Of a DNA stretch of 64,000 nt, positions 13,654-25,124 are shown in pieces (positions within the stretch are counted from its first letter, which is position 1; each line of letters starts with the position of its first letter). The position numbers and the translations under genes were made by a program. The notes under the pieces are model-generated. The model did no database searches. It worked only from the letters and a program-made list of their open reading frames with translations, and was not told the origin of the DNA. Source of the stretch: Anthoceros angustus (lineage: Eukaryota > Plantae > Anthocerotophyta); NCBI GenBank assembly GCA_010909165.1, contig MU008166.1, positions 1,782,723 through 1,846,722 on the forward strand. Reading direction: 5' to 3'.

Positions 13654-14450
13654 ATGGATACTGATGTTGGCAACAGGAAGAAGATTAACCTTATCGAGCA
13701 TGCCTTTCGAAAGGCTATGAAGTGTGCCACCTTCGATGAAGTCGCCAAACAGTTTCCCAAGCATACCGAGGCCAAGGAATTGGCGAAGTTTCAAACAGCT
13801 TTTGCGAAAGTGGTAAGTGAGTGTATTCGTTGGGGAGTCGCGGTCGGTGGCGCACTTGCAGATCGGCGCCTCCTCTGTTTGTTTCCGTGGCGCAAGGCGT
13901 GCGTCGGCCGGCGCACTCCGGTGCTGCAGCGCCTCAGCCACATTTACCGGCGCGCTGGCGCTGGCCACGCGGTGGCGCCTCCGCCGGCGGTTCATTGGTG
14001 GAGTCGCCCGGTGGCCATCGCTGTCAATGAGTTGTTTCGACCACCGCCTGCTGCTTGCGTAAACCGGAGACATTGAGGATTTGAAAGCTCGCCAAAACCT
14101 TTCCAAGATTTTGTTTATAGCGAATCGAAACGGATGGAAGAAGAGCGAAAACAAATGGCCGACAAGGACATGGATGCGCCGAGGCCAGTGTGGTTCTGAC
14201 AAAGTGGCATATCGTGGTGCATCGAGACATTTTGGATATGAAAGGATTTTTGCCACCGAGGAGGTATACTCTTCTTTTCTCGCGACCTCCCTCGAGGTTT
14301 ACATGCATGAGAATGACAAGGCTTTCGTTGAAGAAGAATTGAAAGAGATCATCACTTTCAACGAGAAGACCACGATGTGTTCCGGAGCACTTATGCATGG
14401 GGTGGATGGGGTGATTCAAGCCGTGGAGGCTTTGAGGTCTTGGTGCGTGA
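13654..14450 (+). CDS. NNF1/PMF1 (MIS12 kinetochore complex)-like gene or pseudogene, spliced and frameshifted in this sequence
   Basis: Exon 1 MDTDVGNRKKINLIEHAFRKAMKCATFDEVAKQFPKH...AFAKV ends at a GTAAGT donor (~13813). Downstream DIEDLKARQNLSKIL...TWMRRG...DKAFVEEELKEIITFNEK follows the Nnf1 pattern (human PMF1 EISDIKEEGNLEAVL...AWRPSG plus C-terminal coiled coil). Recognised by eye only. Confidence 0.5.
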
Positions 14451-15559
14451 AAGGAGTCATACAAACTCGGTATGGGAGAAAACCAACATCCCACCTAAGC
14501 AGCCGTTGGAAACAAAGTGGAATATTTGATGGAAGCGCAGGAGGATGAGTCCAATGTCGGAAAAGCTCCTCTTTCCGCAAAGACATCAAACAGTGCCGCC
14601 AAGAGTTATCCGACATGGACCGTGGTGAAGAAGTCGATTTACCACATCGGTGATAAGATGGTCGACGCCATATCGTAAACCCGTGGGCTTATTAGGCATG
14701 TTGGTGAACATGTTCTCCAACGAAGACGATCGGATTGTTGACGTGCGTGATCGTGATCATTTTGGTGGCCGGATTCAACGGAAAAGGAACGCTAGGCTAT
14801 TGACAAAGACGCACGATGCTCAATGTATATGTCACAACGAGTGAACGGGTTGCTAGCCGGACGAGTTCAAGAAATAACAACGAGATAAGTTTTCGGGCCC
14901 TGCAAGTTTTGGGCAAAGGAGATCTGCGGCATTTGAGGCATTGAGAAAATGCAAGTGTATAGCTTGCTTGGAAAGAAGGGTCGAATGAAGGACTCGCACT
15001 GTGACGACCGGCCGTTGAAGACCAACCGCATTGACAATATGGGATGAAAACGGCACACTACCACCGCATAATGAGGCTCCGATGCTTCGCTTTGGTGTGA
15101 AGGTGATGACTTTGGTGACACGGAAAGGTGATTTGGAAAATGTAGAAACGGTGCGATTCGGAGCTCAATTTGGTTGAAGTAGATGACCCTTTGGGTAGCT
15201 GTGACTTGTAGATGAGGGGCTCGTCCGTTGACCGTATAATTCCTGTTTTGACCCTTCGTGGAAAATGCCCGACTTTGATTTGAATGCATATTACGTGTTT
15301 TGGACCCATAGTGCCGGCACTCGCCTTTCCCCGAGTAAGTTCGGCGCCGACGACCGCGACCAAACAAAAGTGTGCATACATGGAAAAACCTCGATTTTAC
15401 TTACATTGTTCTAAGTGGAACTGCCATTAAGCACATCTCTTTTAAAAACACGTGTTTTGCATGATATGAGAAAGGGGTGGCAACCTCCACCCAAAGCGCA
15501 AAAGAGGCTTTCAAGAATCCGCCGATATTGCGCGGACTCTGTTAATGTTGTGTTCGAAG

Positions 15560-18490
15560 TTTTCGCAAGGTGTTCTGCATTGGATGGAGAAGGTATCACG
15601 ATCTGACGAACAGGGTTGTCCGGAACACACCATGGTCATCGGAAATGAAGGTCCAAGCCCGTCCAAAGCAGGACCATGTGCTATAATGCATTGCTTGGAT
15701 GGACCAATTTTTCAAGATATCTGAGCATGCCAAAGCGTTGCGATGTTCAACCCGCCTGACTCCTATCTGAAGGGAGATCTTCCAAGACTACAAGCGGGGA
15801 GGTGGCACGGGCTGGATGTCGTATCTCTCTCTCATTTTTTATTGTGGAAGATGCACTTCCGAATGTCAAGATCCCGAAGTCGGCTTTTCCAAATGTGCGG
15901 TGAAACTATCAAGACGGCCATTGATTGACGGATCGACGAGATCAAGGTAGGTCCAAGTGTAAGGACTCTCAAGTGTGCAGCGAGTGCGCCTTGCGTGCGG
16001 CAGGAGGGTGCGCGCGTGCGCACGGAGGGTGCCGTCGCGCGCGGTGCGCGCACTCGGCGTCGCGCACAGTGCGCCTTGTGAGAAGAGGCGCGCCGGGCGA
16101 TCTTGCGCCGCAGTGCAAAAGTAGGAGCCCCAATCTGCGCGCACTTATGCTCTCGCTATGCAATATAAGAATCTCACATCGTCATAGTTCCTTGGCATAA
16201 CATTTGGAGGCTGCGGTCGCCGGGTTCGATTAAAACAAGAGTGGTGAAGCTAGCATCGGCGCGGACAACCCATATATTGGAATTGCCATAGATGGAATGG
16301 ACCAGAGCAAGACAGAGCTTCCGCACTTTACAAGGCCTCCAAAAGATTTCGCCGATGGGTTAATTCGTGTTCATGTTGTTGGTTGTTTGGTATACAATAA
16401 TGTGATGAAGACAGGTGTATGTCAACTATCCGAACATCCGCAATGATGCCAACTGACGATACATATTATTCAAGATATTATACTCAACTATGACGGTGTC
16501 TTGCCAAAGACCTTTACCTTCAATTGGACAACACGCGAGAACAAGAATATCGTTGTTTGCATATCCGAGTATGCTGGTGAAGAAGCGGTATTCGAGAAGG
16601 TTAAAGTTGGATTCCTTCTTGTCGGGCACACCCATGATTCAGTGGATCAAATGTTCTCTTGTTTTTCAAAAAGTCTCAGACATAAGAAGGCAATGTCGCT
16701 ACCAACTCGATGACGCTTATTGAACAAGCGTATACCCCAAATCCGTGAAAGTGATTACCGGTGTTGGATTTCGCAGTATGTATGGCCTTCGGATGGGTAA
16801 AAGGGGGCACGGATGCTCTGTTGGACGTTTGAACAACCACAGTTATCAACATCAATTTAAAATCACGAGAGAAGAACGCAGCGGGCAATGGTTGTAGTGC
16901 TTCGCGGCAAATACTTATCAACCACGCCTCACTGGGAACCCGACGAGGGACTTGAGTTTCTTCGCCTCATCCCAGAAACCCCCATCTGTGGGGCACCTCT
17001 GTGTGCACTACAAGTACATGGGAAAGCTCCAGATCCCAACCCTCATAGATCATTGGATGGCATCAGGAAGGCACTCGAAGAGCCGATGCAGAAGTACCTT
17101 ACCAGTGCCGACAAGGTATGGTGGAACGGCTTTTGGGAGTCACAAGCTCTGATTTGTACGAAAATCTCCAGTGGAGTCGACCATGAGCTAGAGATACCAT
17201 GGCAGTGGTACAATCGGGTAGAGGCTGAGCGAAATAGCGATACCATCCTTGTGCCGGATGTTCTGCTTCTCCCGGCTCCAGTATCAAGGAACGTAGGGCC
17301 CAGGCATATGTACCTTGGTAATTATATCCTGAAGGCAGCAAGGGCAAGGGAAAGTGCACGGTTAGACGGAGATGTGGCTGAGATCCAGCGTGGCCATATG
17401 ATTGCCGTTGCATGTGGCGGATGACCAAAACAGCCTTTTGGGTTGCGGTGGAGAACCTAGATTTCGATTTGACGAACCGTACTGTCGTGCAATGGTGGGT
17501 AACGAGAATGCATTTGAAGGCCGTTATACCAAGAGATTTTGCCACCCAACTATGCGGACAAGAATGCGTCAAAGGAAGCGTCCAAGCATCTCGATCGCCT
17601 TGTCTGGCGGAGACCTTTATTCTTTCATATGGATTTGCCACGCGAGAGAGCACGCTTTATGTGAGAACCCAAGAGCTCATAAAGACCAAGCTATTTGAAC
17701 TCCACCATATGCAAAGTGCGGAAGCTGAATAACGACAAGGGCCCCCCACCACCTTGAGGCGAGGAGAAACGTTTACAATTGGTCAATGATATTAAAACCC
17801 AAGACCATGTTCGAGTTGAGGATGATCCGCGAGTCCATGCCGGCCAAAGCATTAGTTCGACCAATTGGACACGCACGGACGAGGTATTGGAGATCCTAAC
17901 CCTCGGGTTTTTGAAGGCATGTTTGAAGAGAGCTCCCAACCAGGCGACGGACTAGAAGGAAAAACAGGCAGCGTATGTTTGTCCTCTATAATTGCGATCC
18001 CTAATGGTAGATGGAAGAGATGATCTTCCGACACCAGGTTGAGTAGCACCTATATTTGAAAATAGCGATTTTGCATTGCAGTTGATTTGCAAACTTCATG
18101 TGTCCAATAATTTCATATGTTAATCATTCTCTGGACAGCAGACCCAATATATAATTCTCCGCATGAGGAACGTGAGTGCGTGCACTCATATCTGGAGGCA
18201 AGCCGGCCGAGCAAAGCCCACGTTTTGGATGACATGGAGACATGCTGAAAAACCTATCAAAACACATATTTCATTTCATTTACACCTTCTTAAATGGCTC
18301 ATTTACTTGTGTATGGAGATACGTAGCGCCAAAACATGCGAGCACCACGAATTGATCACTCTATTCCAAGCCGAGTGCACATGCTGAAAACCACGAAAAC
18401 ATCCATGGCGTTTGCCTAAGAAAAGACGGACTTTTGCCTAAACCCCTTATTACCGAGAAACCCTTTCTACCCAGACGTACTAGTTGCAAA
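15560..18490 (+). mobile_element. Sola-like / DUF7869 transposase family B, copy 1 (N-terminal remnants probably extend to ~14500)
   Basis: IAIDGMDQSKTELPHF, RVHVVGCLVYN, QLDN..ENKN, VGFLLVGHTHDSVDQMFS, LRGKYLSTTPHWEPDEGLEFL and C-terminal GHMIAV..PFW. Many indels. Confidence 0.85.
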
Positions 18491-18494
18491 GCGA

Positions 18495-21400
18495 GTTTCG
18501 CAAGGTGTTCTGCATTGGATGGAGAAGGTATCACGATCTGACGAACAGGGTTGTCCGGAACACACCATGGTCATCGGAAATGAAGGTCCAAGCCCGTCCA
18601 AAGCAGGACCATGTGCTATAATGCATTGCTTGGATGGACCAATTTTTCAAGATATCTGCAGAGCGCATGCCAAACGTTGCAGTGTTCAACCTGCCTGACT
18701 CCTATACGAAGGGAGAGATCTTCCAAGACTACAAACGGGAGGTGGCACGGGCTGGGATGTCAAACGTATCTCTCTCATTTTTGCGCATTGTGGAAGATGC
18801 ACTTCCCGAATGTCAAGATCCCGAAGTGCAGCCGCTTTTCCAAATGTGTGCAGTCTGAAACTATCAAGACGGCCATTCAGATTACGACAGATCGACGAGA
18901 TCAAGGTAGGTCCAAGTGTAAGGACTCGCTCAAGTGTGCGCAAAGCGAGGGAGTGCGCGCACTTGCGTGCGCACAGAGGGAGTGCACGCACTTGTGCGTG
19001 CCGAGTGCCCAGTCGCGCCCGGCGCACTCAGTCTTGGCAGTCACCTTGTGAAGGCGCGCACGGGCCCGGGCGCCTGGTGCAAGTAGGAGCCCCAATCTGC
19101 GCGCACTTATGCTCTCGCTATGCAATATAAGAATCTCACATCGTCATGGTTCCTTGGCAGAACGTTTGGAGAGCTGCGGTCGCCTGAGTTCGATTAAAAC
19201 AAAGTGGCGAAGCTAAGCATCGGCAAGTGCGGACAACCCCGATATATTGGAATTGCCATAGATGGAATGGACGAGCAAGACAGCTCCCGCACTTCAGGGC
19301 CTCCAAAAGATTTCGCCGATGGGTTAATTCGTGTTCATGTTGTTGGTTGTTTGGTATACAATAATGTGATGAAGACGAAGGTGTATGTCAACTATCCGAA
19401 CATCCGCAATGATGCCAACCTGACGATACATATTATTCAAGATATTATACTCAACTATGACGGTGTCTTGCCAAAGACCTTTACCTTCAATTGGACAACC
19501 GCGGAGAACAAGAATATCTTTGTTGTTTGCATATCTGAGTATGCTGGTGAAGAAGCGGGTATTCGAGAAGGTTAAAGTTGGATTCCTTCTTGTCGGGCAC
19601 ACCCATGATTCAGTGGATCAAATGTTCTCTTGTTTTTCAAAAAGTCTGAGGCATAAGAAGGCGATGTCGCTACTAACTCTGATGACGCTTATTGAACAAG
19701 CGTATACCCCAAATCCAGAAGTGAAAGTGATTACCGGTGTTGCGGATTTCCGCAGGTATGTATGGCCTTCTGGGATGGGTAAAAGGGGGGCACGGGATGC
19801 TGCAGTTGGACGTTTGAACAACCACAGTTATCAACATCAATTTAAAATCACGAGAGAAGAATGCGCAGGGGCAATGGTTGTAGTGCTTCACGGCAAATAC
19901 TTATCAATCACTTCTCACTGGGAACCCGACGAGGGACTTGAGTTTCTTCGCCTCATCCCAGAAACCATCTGTGGGGCACCTCTGTGTGCACTACAAGTAC
20001 ATGGGAAAGCTCCAGATCCCAACCCTCATAGATCATTGGAGGGCATCAGGAAGGCACTCGAAGAGCCGATGCAGTACCTTACCGGTCTTGGCAAGGTATG
20101 GTGGAACGGCTTTTGGGGTCACGGTTGCGAAAATCTCCAGTGGTCGACCATGAGCTAGAGATACCATGGCAAGTGGTACAATCGGGTAGAGGCGAGCGAA
20201 TAGCGATACCATCCTTGTGCCGGATGTTCGCTTCTCCGGTCCGATGTGAGCGTAGGGCCGGGATGTACCTTGGTAATTATATCCGAAGGCGCAAGGGCAA
20301 GGAAAGTGCAGTTAGACGGAGATGTGGGCGAGATCCGGTGGCCATATGATTGCCGTTGCATGTGAGGCGGATGACCAAAACAGCCTTTTGGGTTGCGGTG
20401 GAGAACCTAGATTTCTGTGACGAAGTACTGTGTGCAATGGTGGGTAACGGAGAACAACAATGCATTTGAAGGCCGTTATATACCCGAAGAGATTTTGCCA
20501 CCCAACTGTGCGGACAAGAATGCTCTACGTCAAAGGCGGAAGCGTCCGAAGCATCTCGATCGCCTTGTGCTGGCGGAGACCTTTATTCTTTCATATGGAT
20601 TTGCCCTGACGCGAGAGAGCACGCTTTATGTGAGAACCCAAGAGCTCATAAAGACCAAGCTATTTGAACTCCACCATATGCAAAGTGCGGAAGCTGGGAA
20701 TAACGACAAGGGCCCAGCCCACCACCTTGAGGCGCGAGGAGAAAGCGTTTCATCTGGTCATGGTCAATGATATTAAAACCCAAGACCATGTTCGAGTTGA
20801 GGATGATCCGCGAGTCCATGCCGCCAAAGCATTAGTTCGACCAATTGCGAGATGGACACGCGGACGAGGTATTGGAGATCCTAACCGGGTTTTGAAGGCA
20901 TGTTTGAAGAGAGCTCCCAACCAGCGTCCGACGGACTAGAAGGAAAAACGGGCAGCGAACCATGTTTGTCCTCTATAATTGCGATCCCTAATGGTAGATG
21001 GAAGAGATGATCTTCACACACCACCGGTTGAGTAGCACCTATATTTGAAAAATAGCGATTTTGCATTGCAGTTGATTTGCAAACTTCATGTGTCCAATAA
21101 TTTCATATGTTAATCATTCTGATGAAATATATAATTCTCCGCATGAGGAACGTGAGTGCGTGCACTCATATCCGGAGGCAAGCCGAGCAAACCCACGCTT
21201 TTGGATGACATGGAGACATGCTGAAAACCTATCAAAACACATATTTCATTTCATTTACACCTTCTTAAATGGCTCATTTACTTGTGTATGGAGATACGGT
21301 AGCCAAAACATGCGTAACCGCACCACTGAATTGATCACTCTATTCCAAGCCGAGTGCACATGCTGAAAACCACGAAAACATCCACTTGTGGCGTTTGCCT

Positions 21401-21893
21401 AAGAAAAGACGGACTTTTGCCTAAACCCCTTATTACCGAGAAACCCTTTCTGCAGACGCTAGTTGCAAAGTAGGAGTTTCGGCAAGTGGCTTGTAAACGG
21501 GAGAGTCTCCTCCATTTTCTTCATCGAAGACCACTTCTCTCATGAAGATTGTGCACCTTTTTGCAGGACCTTCCAACATCACGCAGAAATTAGGTGTGCG
21601 TTTGTGGATCTCTCGTGTTTTGCTGTCTGCAGACCTCTGCAGACCATTCCAGGGATTGCACTGCAGCTAGAGCAAGGCGTGCACGAATAGGTCCGCCGTC
21701 TGGTGGATGAAGAAATCCACCTCCTTGAAACATGGACGTGGGGTTAGACTTTGTTTAAGGTTCGATGGGTTTTCTGTCTTGCCTTGCATGCTTACATGCT
21801 TCATTGAATATGCTCTTAATTCCCTTTAACGACCTCTAGTCTATGTATGGTACTCTTAGATATAGTGTGCTAGACATAGGATTACAACCCTCA
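18495..21893 (+). mobile_element. Sola-like / DUF7869 transposase family B, copy 2 (tandem duplicate)
   Basis: MDQFFKISAERMPN..LPDSYTKGEIFQDY, LWKMHFPNVKIPKCSRFSKC. ORF 19457-20158 has AYLSMLVKKRVFEKVKVGFLLVGHTHDSVDQMFS. Confidence 0.85.
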
Positions 21894-24296
21894 ATTGGAC
21901 AACCGCGGAGAACAAGAATATCTTTTGTTTGCATATCGAGTATGCTGGTGAAGAAGCGGGTATTCGAGAAGGTTAAAGTTGGATTCCTTCTTGTCGGGCA
22001 CACCCATGATTCTGGATCAAATGTTCTCTTGTTTTTCAAAAGTCTAAGACATAAGAAGGCAATGTCGCTACCAACTCGATGGCGCTTATTGAACAAGCGT
22101 ATACCCCAAATCCAGTGAAAGTGATTACGGTGTTGCATTTCCGGTATGTATGGCCTTGGGATGGGTAAAAGGGGGGATGCTGCGGTTGGACGTTTGAACA
22201 ACCACGCTTATCAACATCAATTTAAAATCACGAGAGAAGAATGCGCAGCGGGCAATGGTTGTAGTGCTTCACGGCAAATACTTATCAACCACCTCACCGG
22301 GAACCCGACGAGGGACTTGAGTTTCTTCGCCTCATCCCGAAACCCCATCATGGGGCACCTCTGTGCACTACAAGTACATGGGAAAGCTCCAGATCCCAAC
22401 CCTCATAGATCATTGGATGGCATCGGAAGGCACTCAAGAGCCGATGCAGTACCTTACCGGTCTTGGCAAGGTATGGTGGAACGGCTTTTGGGGTCACGGT
22501 TGCGAAAATCTCCAGTGGTCGACCATGAGCTAGAGATACCATGGCAAGTGGTACAATCGGGTAGAGGCGAAATAGCGATACCATCCTTGTGCCGGAAGTT
22601 CTTCTCCGGTCCGATGTGAGCGTAGGGCCGGGATGTACCTTGGTAATTATATCCGAAGGCGCAAGGGCAAGGGAAAGTGCAGTTAGACGGAGATGTGGGC
22701 GAGATCCGGTGGCCATATGATTGCCGTTGCATGTGAGGCGGATGACCAAAACAGGCCTTTTTGGGTTGCAGAGGTGGAGAACCTAGATTTCGGCTGTGAC
22801 GAATCGTACCTGGTCGTGCAATGGTGGGTAACGGAGAACAACAATGCATTTGAAGGCCGTTATAGACCCGAAGAGATTTTGCCACCCAACTATGCGGACA
22901 AGAATGCTCTACGTCAAAGGCGGAAGCGTCCGAAGCATCTCGATCGCCTTGTGCTGGCGGAGACCTTTATTCTTTCATATGGATTTGCCCTGACGCGAGA
23001 GAGCACGCTTTATGTGAGAACCCAAGAGCTCATAAAGACCAAGCTATTTGAACTCCACCATATGCAAAGCGGAAGCTGAATAACGACAAGGGCCCACCAC
23101 CTTGAGGCGCGAGGAGAAAGCGTTTCATCTGGTCATGGTCAATGATATTAAAACCCAAGACCATGTTCGAGTTGAGGATGATCCGCGAGTCCATGCCGCC
23201 AAAGCATTAGTTCTGGACCAATTGCGAGATGGACACGCGGACGAGGTATTGGAGATCCTAACCCAGTCGGGGTTTTTGAAGGCATGTTTGAAGAGAGCTC
23301 CCAACCAGGCGTCCGACGGACTAGAAGGAAAAAACGGGCAGCGTAACGGTCAGTTTGTCCTCTATAATTGCGATCCCTATTGGTAGATGGAAGAGATGAT
23401 CTTCGCACCCATTGAGTAGCACCTATATTTGAAAAATAGCGATTTTGCATTGCAGTTGATTTGCAAACTTCATGTGTCCAATAATTTCATATGTTAATCA
23501 TTCTCTGGACAGCAGACCCAATATATAATTCTCCGCATGAGGAACGTGAGTGCGTGCACTCATATCTGGAGGCAAGCCGGCCGAGCAAAGCCCACGTTTT
23601 GGATGACATGGAGACATGCTGAAAAACCTATCAAAACACATATTTCATTTCATTTACACCTTCTTAAATGGCTCATTTACTTGTGTATGGAGATACGGTA
23701 GCGGCCAAAACATGCAGAACCGGGCACCCTGGAATTGATCACTCTATTCCAAGCCGAGTGCACATGCTGAAAACCACGAAAACATCCCGCCGCGGCGTTT
23801 TTGCCTAAGAAAAGACGGACTTTTTGCCTAAACCCCTTATTACCGGAGAAACCCCTTTCTACCCAGACGCTGTTACTAGTTGCAGGCGAGGAGTTTCGGC
23901 AAGTGGCTTGTAAACGGGAGAGTCTCCTCCATTTTCTTCATCGAAGACCACTTCTCTCATGAAGATTGTGCACCTTTTTGCAGGACCTTCCAACATCACG
24001 CAGAAATTAGGTGTGCGTTTGTGGATCTCTCGTGTTTCTTTGTCTGACTGCACCATTCCGTGGATTGCACCGCAGCTAGAGCAAGGCGTGCGAATAGGTC
24101 CGTCTGTGGATGAAGAAATCCACCTCCTTGAAACATGGACGTGGGGTTAGACTTTGTTTAAGGTTCGATGGGTTTTCTGTCTTGCCTTGCATGCTTACAT
24201 GCTTCATTGAATATGCTCTTAATTCCCTTTAACGACCTCTAGTCTATGTATGGTACTCTTAGATATAGTGTGCTAGACATAGGATTACAACCCTCA
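21894..24296 (+). mobile_element. Sola-like / DUF7869 transposase family B, copy 3 (3' half only)
   Basis: Restarts at CAATTGGACAACC (same as ~19488). Contains VGHTHD and ORF 22693-23079 (C-terminal domain). 3' flank is identical to 21460-21893. Confidence 0.85.
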
Positions 24297-24609
24297 TCAT
24301 TTTTAAAATTTGATCTTTCAGTGGTGGTGCATGAAGAAGGTGGGCATATGTTCCCAATACAGCTGACGCAGTTGTTGCCAGAACACCTGTGGTCCTCGCT
24401 GGCAGATTGGATCCGACTTTGATCGACAAGGTGATGAAGTGCTATATAGGACGTTGGTGTGATGCTCTTCACTAGATGCAGCGGCGGGATCACCCCCCTC
24501 TTGAGATACATTTTGCCTAGATAGTAGGTCTAGATATCTTCTAGATAAGATAGAGTGGTAGCATTGACACCTTGGGTAGCCCCTAGGGATTGTAGGTAGA
24601 GACATTGAT

Positions 24610-25000
24610 GTGGGATACTAGTTTTGCTTGGTTATTGTAGGTAGCAGAAGACACTGACGTGGGATTCTAGTTATGCTTGGATATTAGTTTTGCTTGGTTA
24701 TTCAAGAAGACTACTAGTTACGGTTGGATACTAGTTTTGCTTGGTTATTCAAGAAGATTACAAGTTATGCTTGGATACTAGTTTTGCTTGGTTATTCAAG
24801 AAGACTACTAGTTTTGCTTGGATACTAGTTTTGCTTGGTCATTCAAGAAGACTACTAGTTTTGTTTGGATACTAGTTTTGCTTGGTCATTCAAGAAGACT
24901 ACTAGTTTTGCTTGGATACTAGTTTTGCTTGGTTATTTTAGGCAGCAGACACAAGAAGACATTGACGTGGGATACTAGTTTTGCTTGGTTATTGTAGGTA
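24610..25000. repeat. 47-bp minisatellite built from 17-bp subunits (ATACTAGTTTTGCTTGG)
   Basis: TTCAAGAAGA recurs at 24701, 24748, 24795, 24842 and 24889 (period 47). Degenerate flanking units on both sides. Confidence 0.9.
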
Positions 25001-25044
25001 GCAAACACAACACGTGGTGGTTTGTCTGATCTGATCCTGTACTT

Positions 25045-25112
25045 ATGTCGTGATCAATGAGAAGTATACACTATAAAAATGTCGTGATCAATGAGAAGTA
25101 TACACTATAAAA
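25045..25112. repeat. 34-bp direct tandem repeat (2 copies)
   Basis: ATGTCGTGATCAATGAGAAGTATACACTATAAAA at 25045 and 25079. Confidence 0.9.
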
Positions 25113-25124
25113 AGGAAACAAAAT

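Noticed and set aside
23830-23882. ACTAGT preceded by a small hairpin as a Helitron 3' end
   Set aside because: The stem is only 5 bp and AT-rich, and no Rep/helicase or 5' TC end was found.
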